Virus record (IMG/VR): IMGVR_UViG_3300042558_003926
Coordinates: 1-64,000 of that record
Length of the DNA stretch: 64,000 bases
Reading direction: 5' to 3' (one strand)
The number at the start of each line of letters is the position of its first letter. Position 1 is the first letter of the stretch. Shown in pieces: positions 52,637-62,062 of this stretch. Both the position numbers and the translations under genes were made by a program. The notes under the pieces are model-generated. The model searched no databases, was not told the DNA's origin, and saw only the letters and a program-made list of their open reading frames with translations.

Positions 52637-54046
52637 ATGTGTGGAATAATTTTAACTACAGGGGCAAGTAAAACCCCAGAAATACTTGACTCGATAAAGC
52701 ACAGAGGAATAGAAAGAAGTGAAGTAGATTTTAACGGGGTAACCCTTTGTCATCATCGATTACCAATACAGACTTCAGATGGTGATGAATGGAGTCAACC
52801 AATTGAGATATCCGATGGAATATACCTCATGTTCAATGGTGAGATATTTAATTATGATCGGGATAGATTTGGATCAGACACTGAGTACTTAATAAATCTA
52901 TTCTCTCCATATAAAGGTGCATCCAATCTGGAATTTTTCTGTGCAATGTACATTCCACATATAGTTAAATGGGATGGATTTTGGGCCATAGTAATATATG
53001 ACGTTAAAACCGGAGATGTTATTTACTTCACGGATCCTCTGGGTAAAAAGTCTCTATATCGTAACGAGTTAGGAGAGATCTGCTCGGAGATAAAGGGATT
53101 GTACACACAAAATTCTAATATAGATGAATCGTATATTAGCTCAGTAAGAAAATGGGGATATAATAAGGACGAAAGAACACCCTATACTAATATCAAAAGG
53201 GTTCTTCCTAATAACATTTATATGCACAATATAAGCTCACCTTTATTCAGTAAAGTTTATAACGGGTACTATAGAATATGGGAAACCCCAATTCCGGAGC
53301 TAAAAGAAGCCTCATACGAGGATCACATGGAATGGCTATGGGACAAAATGGTCGAGAGTGTAGAGAACAGATTGGTTTCTAAAGATTACCCGATATCTTT
53401 ACTTGTATCGGGTGGACTGGATTCTGCAATAATAGCTGGACTTCTCAAAGGAATGGATGCTGATGTTAAATGGTTTAGTATAGAGAATGGAGAAACCCAG
53501 TTTGTTAGTGATTTAGAAGCTCATTTAGACGTTAAAACTAATTTTCTAGACTATTCTATGGATAGCGAAAAAAACGCTCTTATATACGCTAAATGGAACG
53601 AAAGCCCAATCGATCTGGGATCTGTAATACCCCAGTATCATCTTTTCGAGGCTATTAGAAAAAATAGCGACTATAGGATAGTTCTTAGCGGGGATGGATC
53701 AGATGAACTATTTGGCGGATATTCAAGAATTCATGAATACGACTCACAGAAATCTGACATATTCGAGGAACTTACTTTCTACCACCTTCCTAGACTCGAC
53801 AAGATGTCAATGGCCCACACACTGGAGCTTAGAAACCCTTTTCTTAATCTGGATATAGTTAGATTCGCCATGCACCTTCCTTTAGAATGGAGAACCGATA
53901 AAAAAATCCTAAAAGACACGTTTGGTCCTATGCTTCCTGATAGTATAGTCAACAGAAAAAAAGAGGCTCTTAAAAATCCAGAGATAAAACAGGATAGAAT
54001 AGCATATAGATATAAAGCGATAGAATTATTTCTCTCAATAGCTTAG
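52637..54046 (+). CDS. asnB: Asparagine synthetase B-like glutamine amidotransferase
   Basis: MCGI, HRG, HHRLPI, FNGEIFNY, SDTE, SGGLDS, SGDGSDELFGGY, RLDKMSMAHTLELRNPFL. Confidence 0.9.
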   Translation: MCGIILTTGASKTPEILDSIKHRGIERSEVDFNGVTLCHHRLPIQTSDGDEWSQPIEISDGIYLMFNGEIFNYDRDRFGSDTEYLINLFSPYKGASNLEFFCAMYIPHIVKWDGFWAIVIYDVKTGDVIYFTDPLGKKSLYRNELGEICSEIKGLYTQNSNIDESYISSVRKWGYNKDERTPYTNIKRVLPNNIYMHNISSPLFSKVYNGYYRIWETPIPELKEASYEDHMEWLWDKMVESVENRLVSKDYPISLLVSGGLDSAIIAGLLKGMDADVKWFSIENGETQFVSDLEAHLDVKTNFLDYSMDSEKNALIYAKWNESPIDLGSVIPQYHLFEAIRKNSDYRIVLSGDGSDELFGGYSRIHEYDSQKSDIFEELTFYHLPRLDKMSMAHTLELRNPFLNLDIVRFAMHLPLEWRTDKKILKDTFGPMLPDSIVNRKKEALKNPEIKQDRIAYRYKAIELFLSIA

Positions 54047-54068
54047 ATTAAAATAGAAATCTTAGTTG

Positions 54069-54076
54069 GATATATA
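54069..54076 (+). promoter_or_regulatory. Putative late promoter GATATATA
   Basis: Upstream of 54096. Confidence 0.65.
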
Positions 54077-54095
54077 CTAGAAATAAAATTCCGAA

Positions 54096-54746
54096 ATGAC
54101 TAAAATAGTTAAGCTAGATGAATTTGAACACGTAAACGAGGAGTTATCGATGAGTGAAATACTATTCGGTAAAGTTCTTCCTTTTATGGGTGAGGGATTT
54201 ATTAAAACACTAAAGCAGAAGATAGCTGCTATCCTAATGGAGAAAATAGGGATTTTGGAAGATTCTAAATTTTCTATTATCATACAGGAGCTTGTTGATG
54301 CAATTCCAGTAAAAGATATACCTGGATTAATGACAGGGGAAAAGGCTAATGCTGAATATTTAGCTCCTAAGTTAGCTCAGGCTTGTCAGGAGTATATCCA
54401 AAGAAAGGGGCTTGATTCTCTATTTGAACCATTTGGTATAGATCCTAACGGATGGTTAGCTTCTACAGTGAGAGAGGGTTTACAAAGCGAGATCGGACAG
54501 GAAAGATTGGAAGCATTTTTCATAGCCGCATTAGGAGGAGAAAAATTGTTATCTGGAGCACTTTCTAAGCTAGATCCAGAAGACAAAAGAGCAGTAGACA
54601 GTGCACTCGTACAACAAGCTGCTAAATTATATCCATCTAAAGTAAAAAAAGATTCTGGTTCAGGTAACAGTGGATCAGGAGGAGGAGGCGTGATGGATAC
54701 ATTAAGTGCAATATGGGGCGGACTCCTATCAGGAGCCTCTAAATAA
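54096..54746 (+). CDS. Putative internal head protein
   Basis: MTKIVKLDEFEHVNEE leader; amphipathic C-terminus after a Gly/Ser linker. Confidence 0.6.
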   Translation: MTKIVKLDEFEHVNEELSMSEILFGKVLPFMGEGFIKTLKQKIAAILMEKIGILEDSKFSIIIQELVDAIPVKDIPGLMTGEKANAEYLAPKLAQACQEYIQRKGLDSLFEPFGIDPNGWLASTVREGLQSEIGQERLEAFFIAALGGEKLLSGALSKLDPEDKRAVDSALVQQAAKLYPSKVKKDSGSGNSGSGGGGVMDTLSAIWGGLLSGASK

Positions 54747-54758
54747 AAATTAAAAGAT

Positions 54759-55118
54759 ATGGACGTACAAAACGTTGGAAAAAGAGAAATATTGGACTAT
54801 AAGCAATTTTTAGGAAAGGTCCATGACGATACCTATAAGCCATTTGCTCCTGACAATCAGAAAGTTCAGAGAGAGAAAACTGGCCTATCGACTATACAAA
54901 GGCAACCAGCTTTTGATTTTGTTGGTTATGCTGATTCTGTATTTGGTCATACCTCTAAGATGGATGTACCAGGATATAGAACATCATCTCCCGATGGAAA
55001 ATTTATGGCAGATGCTGGATCTTTCGGAAACGTGTTTAATATGAATACTAGTGAATCTGAAAATTATAATTCCCTCTATACTGGTGATAATTATATAAAG
55101 AAATTAAGCGATTTTTAA
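54759..55118 (+). CDS. Hypothetical (putative head) protein
   Basis: ILDYKQF and IKKLSDF motifs. Confidence 0.6.
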   Translation: MDVQNVGKREILDYKQFLGKVHDDTYKPFAPDNQKVQREKTGLSTIQRQPAFDFVGYADSVFGHTSKMDVPGYRTSSPDGKFMADAGSFGNVFNMNTSESENYNSLYTGDNYIKKLSDF

Positions 55119-55137
55119 TCGGATATTTTAGAATCGG

Positions 55138-55165
55138 AAAAGGGATCTTATAGATCCCTTTTTTT
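55138..55165. terminator. Bidirectional terminator between convergent genes
   Basis: AAAAGGGATCT-TAT-AGATCCCTTTTTTT. Confidence 0.85.
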
Positions 55166-55886
55166 ATGATATTTTTTCTATGAATTTTTCCTTTGCCATC
55201 TTGAGAATTTCTGAGTTTTCGTTATAATTCTCATATATCTCTATAACATAAAGATCTGGAGATTTCTTTTTCTCCTGTGAGGATTCTTCTAAAATTTCAT
55301 GGTAGATGTATTCATAATTTATCGAGAATACCCTGTTCTTAAGAGGTATTCTTTTCATTATACATACCTCTTTATCCCCATCTGCTGTTTTTAAGATAAC
55401 CGATCCTTGCCATCTATATGCTTCTATTGCATCGGTAACCATATTTCTTATGATCAATATACCGGAATTAGATTTATCGGGTTGTAGTAACGATTCTGGC
55501 TCTACTCTAAAGATTTTAATCTTTGATTCTTCTTCCTTCAATATTTCCAAACAAACCTCTGAATAGTCATACAAAGTATGTAGTGATGCCTCTATTATTT
55601 CTTCCAGAGTAGATTTTGAATCTGGATCCAGATTTTTAAATTGGAAATTTTGAAGATATTCCCGGTCATCTTTTTTAAGACCCTTCAGGATGTCCGGATT
55701 TACCACCTTTCTTTCCTTGAAGTCATTTAAAACCTTTACTATTCGAGATATTTCTCTAAGTACAGAATATGAGGTCTTAGTATTTAATTTTTTGGTAAGT
55801 GACTTAAGATAGTCCAGCAAGACATATTCTTTGTGCTCTGGATCGATCGGATCCTGTATAAACCACAGGGGATTAAAATTCTTCAT
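55164..55886 (-). CDS. Hypothetical protein (only credible minus-strand gene)
   Basis: 240 aa, fills a gap with no + strand ORF; ends at the bidirectional terminator; AATATATA on the minus strand at 55913-55920. Confidence 0.8.
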   Translation of the reverse strand: MKNFNPLWFIQDPIDPEHKEYVLLDYLKSLTKKLNTKTSYSVLREISRIVKVLNDFKERKVVNPDILKGLKKDDREYLQNFQFKNLDPDSKSTLEEIIEASLHTLYDYSEVCLEILKEEESKIKIFRVEPESLLQPDKSNSGILIIRNMVTDAIEAYRWQGSVILKTADGDKEVCIMKRIPLKNRVFSINYEYIYHEILEESSQEKKKSPDLYVIEIYENYNENSEILKMAKEKFIEKIS

Positions 55887-55912
55887 CTTTTTAAATTGAG
55901 AAGTGTATAATC

Positions 55913-55952
55913 TATATATTTAACCTTTGAAAAAATCATTACTGGATATATA
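55913..55952. promoter_or_regulatory. Divergent putative late promoters
   Basis: AATATATA on the minus strand (55913-55920) and GATATATA on the plus strand (55945-55952). Confidence 0.55.
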
Positions 55953-55968
55953 CACTAAAACAATAAAA

Positions 55969-56415
55969 ATGGCAAGAATATACGATTATAATTCTTTTCA
56001 GGACGGAAACAAAGGAGCAAACCAAAATGATTTTAAATTTGGAGATGAGATTAAGTATATTAACATCGATATACACAATACTCCGGAGGAATATGATGAT
56101 ATAACGGACGCGAAAGTTTATGTCGAATACTCAGTTAGGTTTATTCTTAAAAAAGGAGGAATCGACGATCTTATATTCTCTGTAGATTCGGTTGAGTTAG
56201 AATTTCAGGTAGATGACTATCCGAATGACTATCCAAAAGAATTTGACATCGAGTTAATCCCAGGAAAGACCATAGATTATAGCCAGCTTAAAGCAGAGAG
56301 AGAAGCGGTTATCGTACCAACTTACCCTGATAGAATAGAAATCAATATGAACAAATCAACGGAGCCTAGGAACTTTGATGTAACTGTTTATTTTGGAACC
56401 GATAGCAAATATTAA
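55969..56415 (+). CDS. Acidic hypothetical (putative head) protein
   Basis: ATG at 55969 lies downstream of the promoter motif; MARIYDYNSF leader. Confidence 0.65.
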   Translation: MARIYDYNSFQDGNKGANQNDFKFGDEIKYINIDIHNTPEEYDDITDAKVYVEYSVRFILKKGGIDDLIFSVDSVELEFQVDDYPNDYPKEFDIELIPGKTIDYSQLKAEREAVIVPTYPDRIEINMNKSTEPRNFDVTVYFGTDSKY

Positions 56416-56418
56416 TAT

Positions 56419-57375
56419 ATGAGAATTTTAAATTTTTCGGAGTTCGCTCTAAATGAGTCAGATGATTTAAACCAGGAGGATTTTTATAAAGTTCCTGGGG
56501 TAAAGAATTTTATAGACGATGGATATGAAATATCTGCAGAAAATTGTATAGACTCCGAAGACTATCCATCTTTTAAAATATCAGCTATGGAGGAAAATCC
56601 TACTTCCATAAGGATATGCTATTGTGACGAGCACGGGAACGTCGTAGAAGATATGTGGATACCTAAAGATTCGGTTGATATCAAGGATGACGGAGAAGAT
56701 GTCATTACAATAACTATTCACCCAGAGTGCAGATGGATAAACAACCCAGAAAACAGGGAAAAGCTAGAGGAATTTATAGAGAATTTCGATAGTATCAGGA
56801 CCGAAGAGGGGGAGAAAGAAGATAGAAGAATAGAATCGATAAAGGATGATCTGGAGAATTTTCTCGAAGCTATTGGATTTGAATTAATGGTAACTGATGT
56901 AAATAAGATCGGAGAAAATGAATATGAGATCTATCTGGACAATAACATATGTGCTAACGTAAAAAAGAGAAACTCAGCCGATATAATAGGAAAAATCAGT
57001 TTGTATAAGGATAAAGTTATAGGCGACCCCGGAATAGAGTTATCAGGCAATAAAGACGGCATTTTAATGATATCGAAGATACCGGATCTTTTTACTAAGG
57101 AGGTTGAATGTCAGATAGACGACTTCGAGGAAAATCCTTACCTAAGATATCTTCTCAGAAAGCCATTAGATATGGATAGAAATTCCGATAGAGAGAATTT
57201 ATTATCATATTACATAGACACCCATGATAGCCACGATAAAGACCGGTACGAATCTAGCGATGAAAAAATTAGAGACTCATCCAGAGAAGAATCATATCAC
57301 ATAAAGGATCTTAGAAAAATGCTTTCTCAATTCTTGAGCGAGGAAAGGCTAAGAAAAATATCAGCTGATTATTAA
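56419..57375 (+). CDS. Acidic putative internal head protein
   Basis: MRILNFSEFALNES leader. Confidence 0.65.
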   Translation: MRILNFSEFALNESDDLNQEDFYKVPGVKNFIDDGYEISAENCIDSEDYPSFKISAMEENPTSIRICYCDEHGNVVEDMWIPKDSVDIKDDGEDVITITIHPECRWINNPENREKLEEFIENFDSIRTEEGEKEDRRIESIKDDLENFLEAIGFELMVTDVNKIGENEYEIYLDNNICANVKKRNSADIIGKISLYKDKVIGDPGIELSGNKDGILMISKIPDLFTKEVECQIDDFEENPYLRYLLRKPLDMDRNSDRENLLSYYIDTHDSHDKDRYESSDEKIRDSSREESYHIKDLRKMLSQFLSEERLRKISADY

Positions 57376-57377
57376 CA

Positions 57378-57408
57378 GAAACATTTTACTAGTTTCAAGC
57401 TACAAATA
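57378..57408 (+). promoter_or_regulatory. Putative middle (ECF-type) promoter
   Basis: GAAAC-N17-CTACAAATA; another GAAAC-N17-CTAAAAC lies at 57661. Confidence 0.55.
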
Positions 57409-57411
57409 TTT

Positions 57412-57696
57412 ATGGATCTGAATGCTGATTTTCAATTAAATCACGGTGAGATAATAATAATGTCTAAGGTCAAAGGATTTACGGTGATTGAATTAAAAAG
57501 GCACACTGACCCTATCTTGGATAATATAGTAGAGGTTTGGCAATATGATAACAGAAAGAAAACTGCCAAGTCTAAGGGAGAATCTAGTTGGATTATACTC
57601 AAGGATTTACCCTGTCACTTAAGATATTATAAAAGTTTAGGATTTAATCAGATCTCATTGGAAACAAAAGACCAGAAAAAATCTAAAACGAAATAA
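57412..57696 (+). CDS. Hypothetical protein
   Basis: 94-aa ORF. Confidence 0.55.
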   Translation: MDLNADFQLNHGEIIIMSKVKGFTVIELKRHTDPILDNIVEVWQYDNRKKTAKSKGESSWIILKDLPCHLRYYKSLGFNQISLETKDQKKSKTK

Positions 57697-57698
57697 AG

Positions 57699-58337
57699 AT
57701 GAGAAAAATTCTGTCTTTTTTTAACAGGGAACCCAAAAAAAGTCTAAAAATGGACATAACAGATCAAACCGTAGAGGAGATAAGAGATAAATTTAAATCC
57801 ATGGAATTTCAATGGATTAAAGGTGAATATCTTTCAACCACCGAAAATTATAAAAATGCTGTTTCTAATGGAGATGCTATTTTTATAGAGTTTTCCAGTG
57901 GCAGAAGAATCAATATGGATTTATTGGACGAGTATCTTGTTTACTTTCCAGCTCAGCCTAAAGTTCCTCAGCCGGAACAGCCGGTAGTTAATCAAGCTCA
58001 GGTTAAAAGAGACTCAACTGTAACCGCTATTGTATATGACGACCAGCCGAAAAATTCTAATGAAGATTCCCCGATATATAAGCTACTTAGAAAGCAGAAG
58101 AAAAATTTAGTTGAGGTTTCGATTAAACTTAAATTAAATCTTCCTTCCAAAGAACTTTATGGTGTTCTTTCTACGTCCTTTGAAGATGCGGATAAAGAGA
58201 TTATAGAATTTGTTTTAGATGGTGTTGATATAGAAGATATTAAGGCATCTTTAGCTCAATCTATCAGATCCAACTATTATTCTATAGAGGAAAAGAAAAA
58301 GCCAGTAGCAACAACAAATAGAAATAGCAAACAATGA
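57699..58337 (+). CDS. Hypothetical protein
   Basis: 212-aa ORF. Confidence 0.7.
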   Translation: MRKILSFFNREPKKSLKMDITDQTVEEIRDKFKSMEFQWIKGEYLSTTENYKNAVSNGDAIFIEFSSGRRINMDLLDEYLVYFPAQPKVPQPEQPVVNQAQVKRDSTVTAIVYDDQPKNSNEDSPIYKLLRKQKKNLVEVSIKLKLNLPSKELYGVLSTSFEDADKEIIEFVLDGVDIEDIKASLAQSIRSNYYSIEEKKKPVATTNRNSKQ

Positions 58338-58924
58338 AAGAGGAAAACGAAGATAAAATCCTATACGAAGCACCAAAATTCAACGTTGTTGAAAGAGGGG
58401 GCAAACCTGGAATAGTATCTACGGTTGAAACTGTAATGGTTCTTCCTTTTATATCTGACGATAGGGGATTACCTCTAATGATTGGCGTGCTAAAAGAAAG
58501 AAATCTTTTTAGAGAAGGCGGATATTCCATGAGCTTAATAACTGGGACATGTGAAGAGGAAGATCCTGATTATTTAAGCACCGCAAAAAGAGAACTTTTA
58601 GAAGAGGGAGGATTTGAAGTTGAAGAGAATGATAGATGGTTTTTTCTGGGTACCGTTACGGGAACAAAATTTGTTGAAAAAGAATATCCTTGTTTTGCTG
58701 TTGATGTGACTGGTATTAAAAAAGGAGAAGCAGAAACGGATGGATCTAAACAGGAAGAATTATCAAGCTTCCATTTCATTCCTGCAAACGACGTAGTTAA
58801 GGCTCAGGACGTATACATACCCGCTTTATTTCTTAAGCTCTTTAAATTTGTAGTTGGCATGGATCTATATAATAGAGATGATTCAGTTTTTGGTAAGTCT
58901 AAAGGATTTAGTGTAGAGATATAA
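58334..58924 (+). CDS. Nudix hydrolase
   Basis: Nudix box GTCEEEDPDYLSTAKRELLEEGG. Confidence 0.85.
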   Translation: MKEENEDKILYEAPKFNVVERGGKPGIVSTVETVMVLPFISDDRGLPLMIGVLKERNLFREGGYSMSLITGTCEEEDPDYLSTAKRELLEEGGFEVEENDRWFFLGTVTGTKFVEKEYPCFAVDVTGIKKGEAETDGSKQEELSSFHFIPANDVVKAQDVYIPALFLKLFKFVVGMDLYNRDDSVFGKSKGFSVEI

Positions 58925-58934
58925 ATAATAGTTT

Positions 58935-59237
58935 ATGAGCAATTCAAGAAGAGAGAAAAGAAAGCTTATGAGGCAATTCGGAGTTATGGACTCTATTAAG
59001 AAGAAAAGTTTTTCTGAAAGAATAGAGGAAGGAAAAAAAACTCAGAGAGAAAACCTACAGAGAATAAAAAATGAATCTATAAAAAGAGAAATAGAACGAG
59101 GATCTGGAGTAGATACAAATCCAGATTTTCCTATTTATAGAGGTATAGATAACGAGTATTCATTTTTTGGAAATTTTCTAAATTCTAAAAATTGGGAAAT
59201 ATTAGAATCTAATGGAGACGATGGAGTCGAGGACTAA
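58935..59237 (+). CDS. Basic hypothetical protein
   Basis: 100-aa ORF. Confidence 0.6.
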   Translation: MSNSRREKRKLMRQFGVMDSIKKKSFSERIEEGKKTQRENLQRIKNESIKREIERGSGVDTNPDFPIYRGIDNEYSFFGNFLNSKNWEILESNGDDGVED

Positions 59238-59550
59238 GGTAGATTTCTATATAACTAAGTATTCCCCAAAGGAAGCTAAAAAAAGATCCGAGGTGGGACA
59301 GTATCTATATGTTGTCGATATCTCTAAAATAATCAGGGATCTAGGGTATACCACAGATGTATTAACTAGAGAATCTGAATTTATTATAAACTACACCATT
59401 CGTAAGAAAATAATCCAGGGAATATATAGTACAAAGTGCGAGGGTATACTTGTGTGCTATAAGAACATCTCTCAGGAGTTTATAGAAAACCTGGAAACGT
59501 TTTTAGAAGAACATACAGAAACTTTAGAGTATACCATTAGCGATCTTTAA
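59212..59550 (+). CDS. Hypothetical protein
   Basis: 112-aa ORF. Confidence 0.6.
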   Translation: METMESRTKVDFYITKYSPKEAKKRSEVGQYLYVVDISKIIRDLGYTTDVLTRESEFIINYTIRKKIIQGIYSTKCEGILVCYKNISQEFIENLETFLEEHTETLEYTISDL

Positions 59551-59569
59551 AAAAAAGACTAATTGGTAG

Positions 59570-61453
59570 ATGCCAACTCAAGCAAATCCGGTAAACTCGG
59601 CTAATTACGTGGAGAGACTCCAGCAAGGAGCATCCAATGATATCGTCGAGAGGTACAGTAATCTAAATTCCATAAATCCTTTTAAGGGACCAACTGCAAG
59701 AAGCTTATTTTATGAAGCTGGGAAAAGAAACCCAGGAAAGTATGGGCAATTCCTTTTTTATTCTCTGGGTAATAATGAGAATGATTTTATCGATGCCTAT
59801 TACAGATCAGAGTCAGCAGATTTCAATAGAAACGTATCCTCCCTTAAATCTAAAAATCCCTCTGCTGGATTTTTAGTAAGACAAACAGCAGATTTAGATA
59901 GAATAGCATCTAGTGCTACTAATGATATATTGGGTTTGCCTTCGACATTTGAACAGGATATAGTAGGTGGATTATCCGCTCCTTATTATTGGAAAGATTT
60001 TTTATATTGTAAATATTACGGGACAATCCCCAATAATTACATGATAACTCTTAGAAGATTTCCTACACCAATACTAGATAATCTGTCGATACCAGATTCT
60101 GTTAAACAATCTGATTCTTACTCTAAGGAAGGTGCTGGTAGACCGGTTGCCCAAGCTGTTACTTGGTTTGGTGGAAACACTGGAAATACTCTTAGTACCT
60201 TAATACAGTTCACAACAGGACTTTCGTGGGAGCCCAAAACACAGGATCAAGCTAAAGAAACAGAGGCCTTCTCTAAGGGATTTTTCCAAGATTTACCTTA
60301 TCAATGGTTTTCCGCAGCCGCTAGGGCAGCAACCGGTAACGAGGATATTGCATCTGGAATATCTAGCATCGCTGAGGGTACAGCAGTTGCTTTCGATCCA
60401 AATAATCAAACTATAGAGGGACTAAGATTCCAACAACTTAGGGATAGAGCCAAAGATGGAACACTCGGTGTAATGAGTGAATTTATTTGGGTACCTCTTG
60501 ATGTAGTACAGAACACAAAAGTTAGAGGGGTAGGGTTATCGTTTACTGGGGGAACCCTTGATATCGTTTTCGAATATGAGCTTACCTCTGTAGGTGAGGT
60601 CAATACTAAGGCTGCTATGTTAGATATAATGGCAAATCTTCTTTCGATAGGTACGAATTACGGTAATTTTTTGACACCGGAAACTAGATACAAGTCTACA
60701 TTTCCTGCTTTTGGATTTCCAGGTGGAGATGATGGTCTTGCTACATTCTATAGAAATCCTTTGCAATTTCTTTTAAAGTATGGCGATAAATTAGTAAACC
60801 CAGTGGGAAATGCTGTTTCAGCACAGGATGATGTAGTTAGTAACGGTGAAGTCGGCGAGGGCACTGATGCAGCTACTGATTCTCAGAGCGCTTTAACTGA
60901 ACTTAGGGGTATACTTGAAAAATTAAACACAGAGGGCTTGGATTTGGAAAAAGTAAAAGACCTTGCTTCCAAATTCGGAACTGGATTTTCGAGACTTCTA
61001 AAATTATCAGTTACTAAAGAATTTACTGATAATTGGCAGGTTCCTGCTAGTTTACTTACCGGGGCTCCTATTGGAGAATGGCATCTAACTATAGGCAATC
61101 CATGTAACCCCATAGCAATGATAGGTAATCTAGTTTGCAGTAACGTAAAAATAGAATTTGGAGACGTACTAGGTCCAGATGATTTCCCGACTTTATTAAA
61201 AGCAACATTTACTTTAGAACACGGAAGGGATAGAGAAAGGGGCGAAATCGAGAGCATGTTCAATAGAGGAGATGGAAGATTATATTCTTCTAGTGCATCA
61301 ACTTCCTCATCTGTTCAGTCATTCAGCGCATTCTCTGATGTTAATGGCAATGTGCTTAGTGAAAATCTGGCTAATCAGTATATGCAGGGAGATGCCTTCA
61401 ATACAACGTATGGTCTGGAAGAACAACTCGGACCTATAAATACAGAAGAATAA
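59570..61453 (+). CDS. Putative baseplate-tail tube junction protein (gp48/gp54-like)
   Basis: C-terminal NLVCSNVKIEFG....DDFPT.LKATFTLE resembles a tube fold; baseplate context. Confidence 0.5.
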   Translation: MPTQANPVNSANYVERLQQGASNDIVERYSNLNSINPFKGPTARSLFYEAGKRNPGKYGQFLFYSLGNNENDFIDAYYRSESADFNRNVSSLKSKNPSAGFLVRQTADLDRIASSATNDILGLPSTFEQDIVGGLSAPYYWKDFLYCKYYGTIPNNYMITLRRFPTPILDNLSIPDSVKQSDSYSKEGAGRPVAQAVTWFGGNTGNTLSTLIQFTTGLSWEPKTQDQAKETEAFSKGFFQDLPYQWFSAAARAATGNEDIASGISSIAEGTAVAFDPNNQTIEGLRFQQLRDRAKDGTLGVMSEFIWVPLDVVQNTKVRGVGLSFTGGTLDIVFEYELTSVGEVNTKAAMLDIMANLLSIGTNYGNFLTPETRYKSTFPAFGFPGGDDGLATFYRNPLQFLLKYGDKLVNPVGNAVSAQDDVVSNGEVGEGTDAATDSQSALTELRGILEKLNTEGLDLEKVKDLASKFGTGFSRLLKLSVTKEFTDNWQVPASLLTGAPIGEWHLTIGNPCNPIAMIGNLVCSNVKIEFGDVLGPDDFPTLLKATFTLEHGRDRERGEIESMFNRGDGRLYSSSASTSSSVQSFSAFSDVNGNVLSENLANQYMQGDAFNTTYGLEEQLGPINTEE

Positions 61454-61463
61454 AATAATTACG

Positions 61464-62054
61464 ATGGGACTTTTACTTATAGACACATTAAAAAAGAACA
61501 AGTCAGTATTTAATCCAGAACCAGGACTGGATTCTAGCAAATATGGTATTTGGGACTTAACGAAATCATCGATCACCTATAATAACTTGGATATAAAAAT
61601 AGACGATTTCTTTTTTGTCAAGGATATCTATCAAATGAGACCTGATCTTATTGCTGCTATTAAATTAGGGGATCAAGCCAAGGTTGGGTCTTTACTAAAA
61701 ATAAACGGAATAAGTAATCCGTTTGCATTAAAAGAGGGCAGATTTATTCTTATCCCATCAGACAATACTGTTGAAAGATCTTTTGATATTAAAAAAATCA
61801 AAAATCAGGCTTCTACATCCTCTAACACCAACACAAACCCTAACGAGGCTTTCAGAAAAAATCAGGAACAAAAGAAATTCAAGGTTTCTGATGGCAGAAA
61901 AAAATTCTTAGCTAGCAAAGTCAAAAATCAACCTGAGATGGTTCTTCCGCCTAACGTCATGCAGCCAAGCCAAAGATCTATTCTTAAGAAAGATGGATTC
62001 CTCATCTTTGCACCAGATGCTGGAGGCGGAGGATCTAATAAACCTTCTAACTAA
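61464..62054 (+). CDS. Baseplate wedge LysM-like protein (gp53-like)
   Basis: MRPDLIA...LLKINGISNPFALKEGRFILIP. Confidence 0.7.
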   Translation: MGLLLIDTLKKNKSVFNPEPGLDSSKYGIWDLTKSSITYNNLDIKIDDFFFVKDIYQMRPDLIAAIKLGDQAKVGSLLKINGISNPFALKEGRFILIPSDNTVERSFDIKKIKNQASTSSNTNTNPNEAFRKNQEQKKFKVSDGRKKFLASKVKNQPEMVLPPNVMQPSQRSILKKDGFLIFAPDAGGGGSNKPSN

Positions 62055-62062
62055 TTTTTTAA

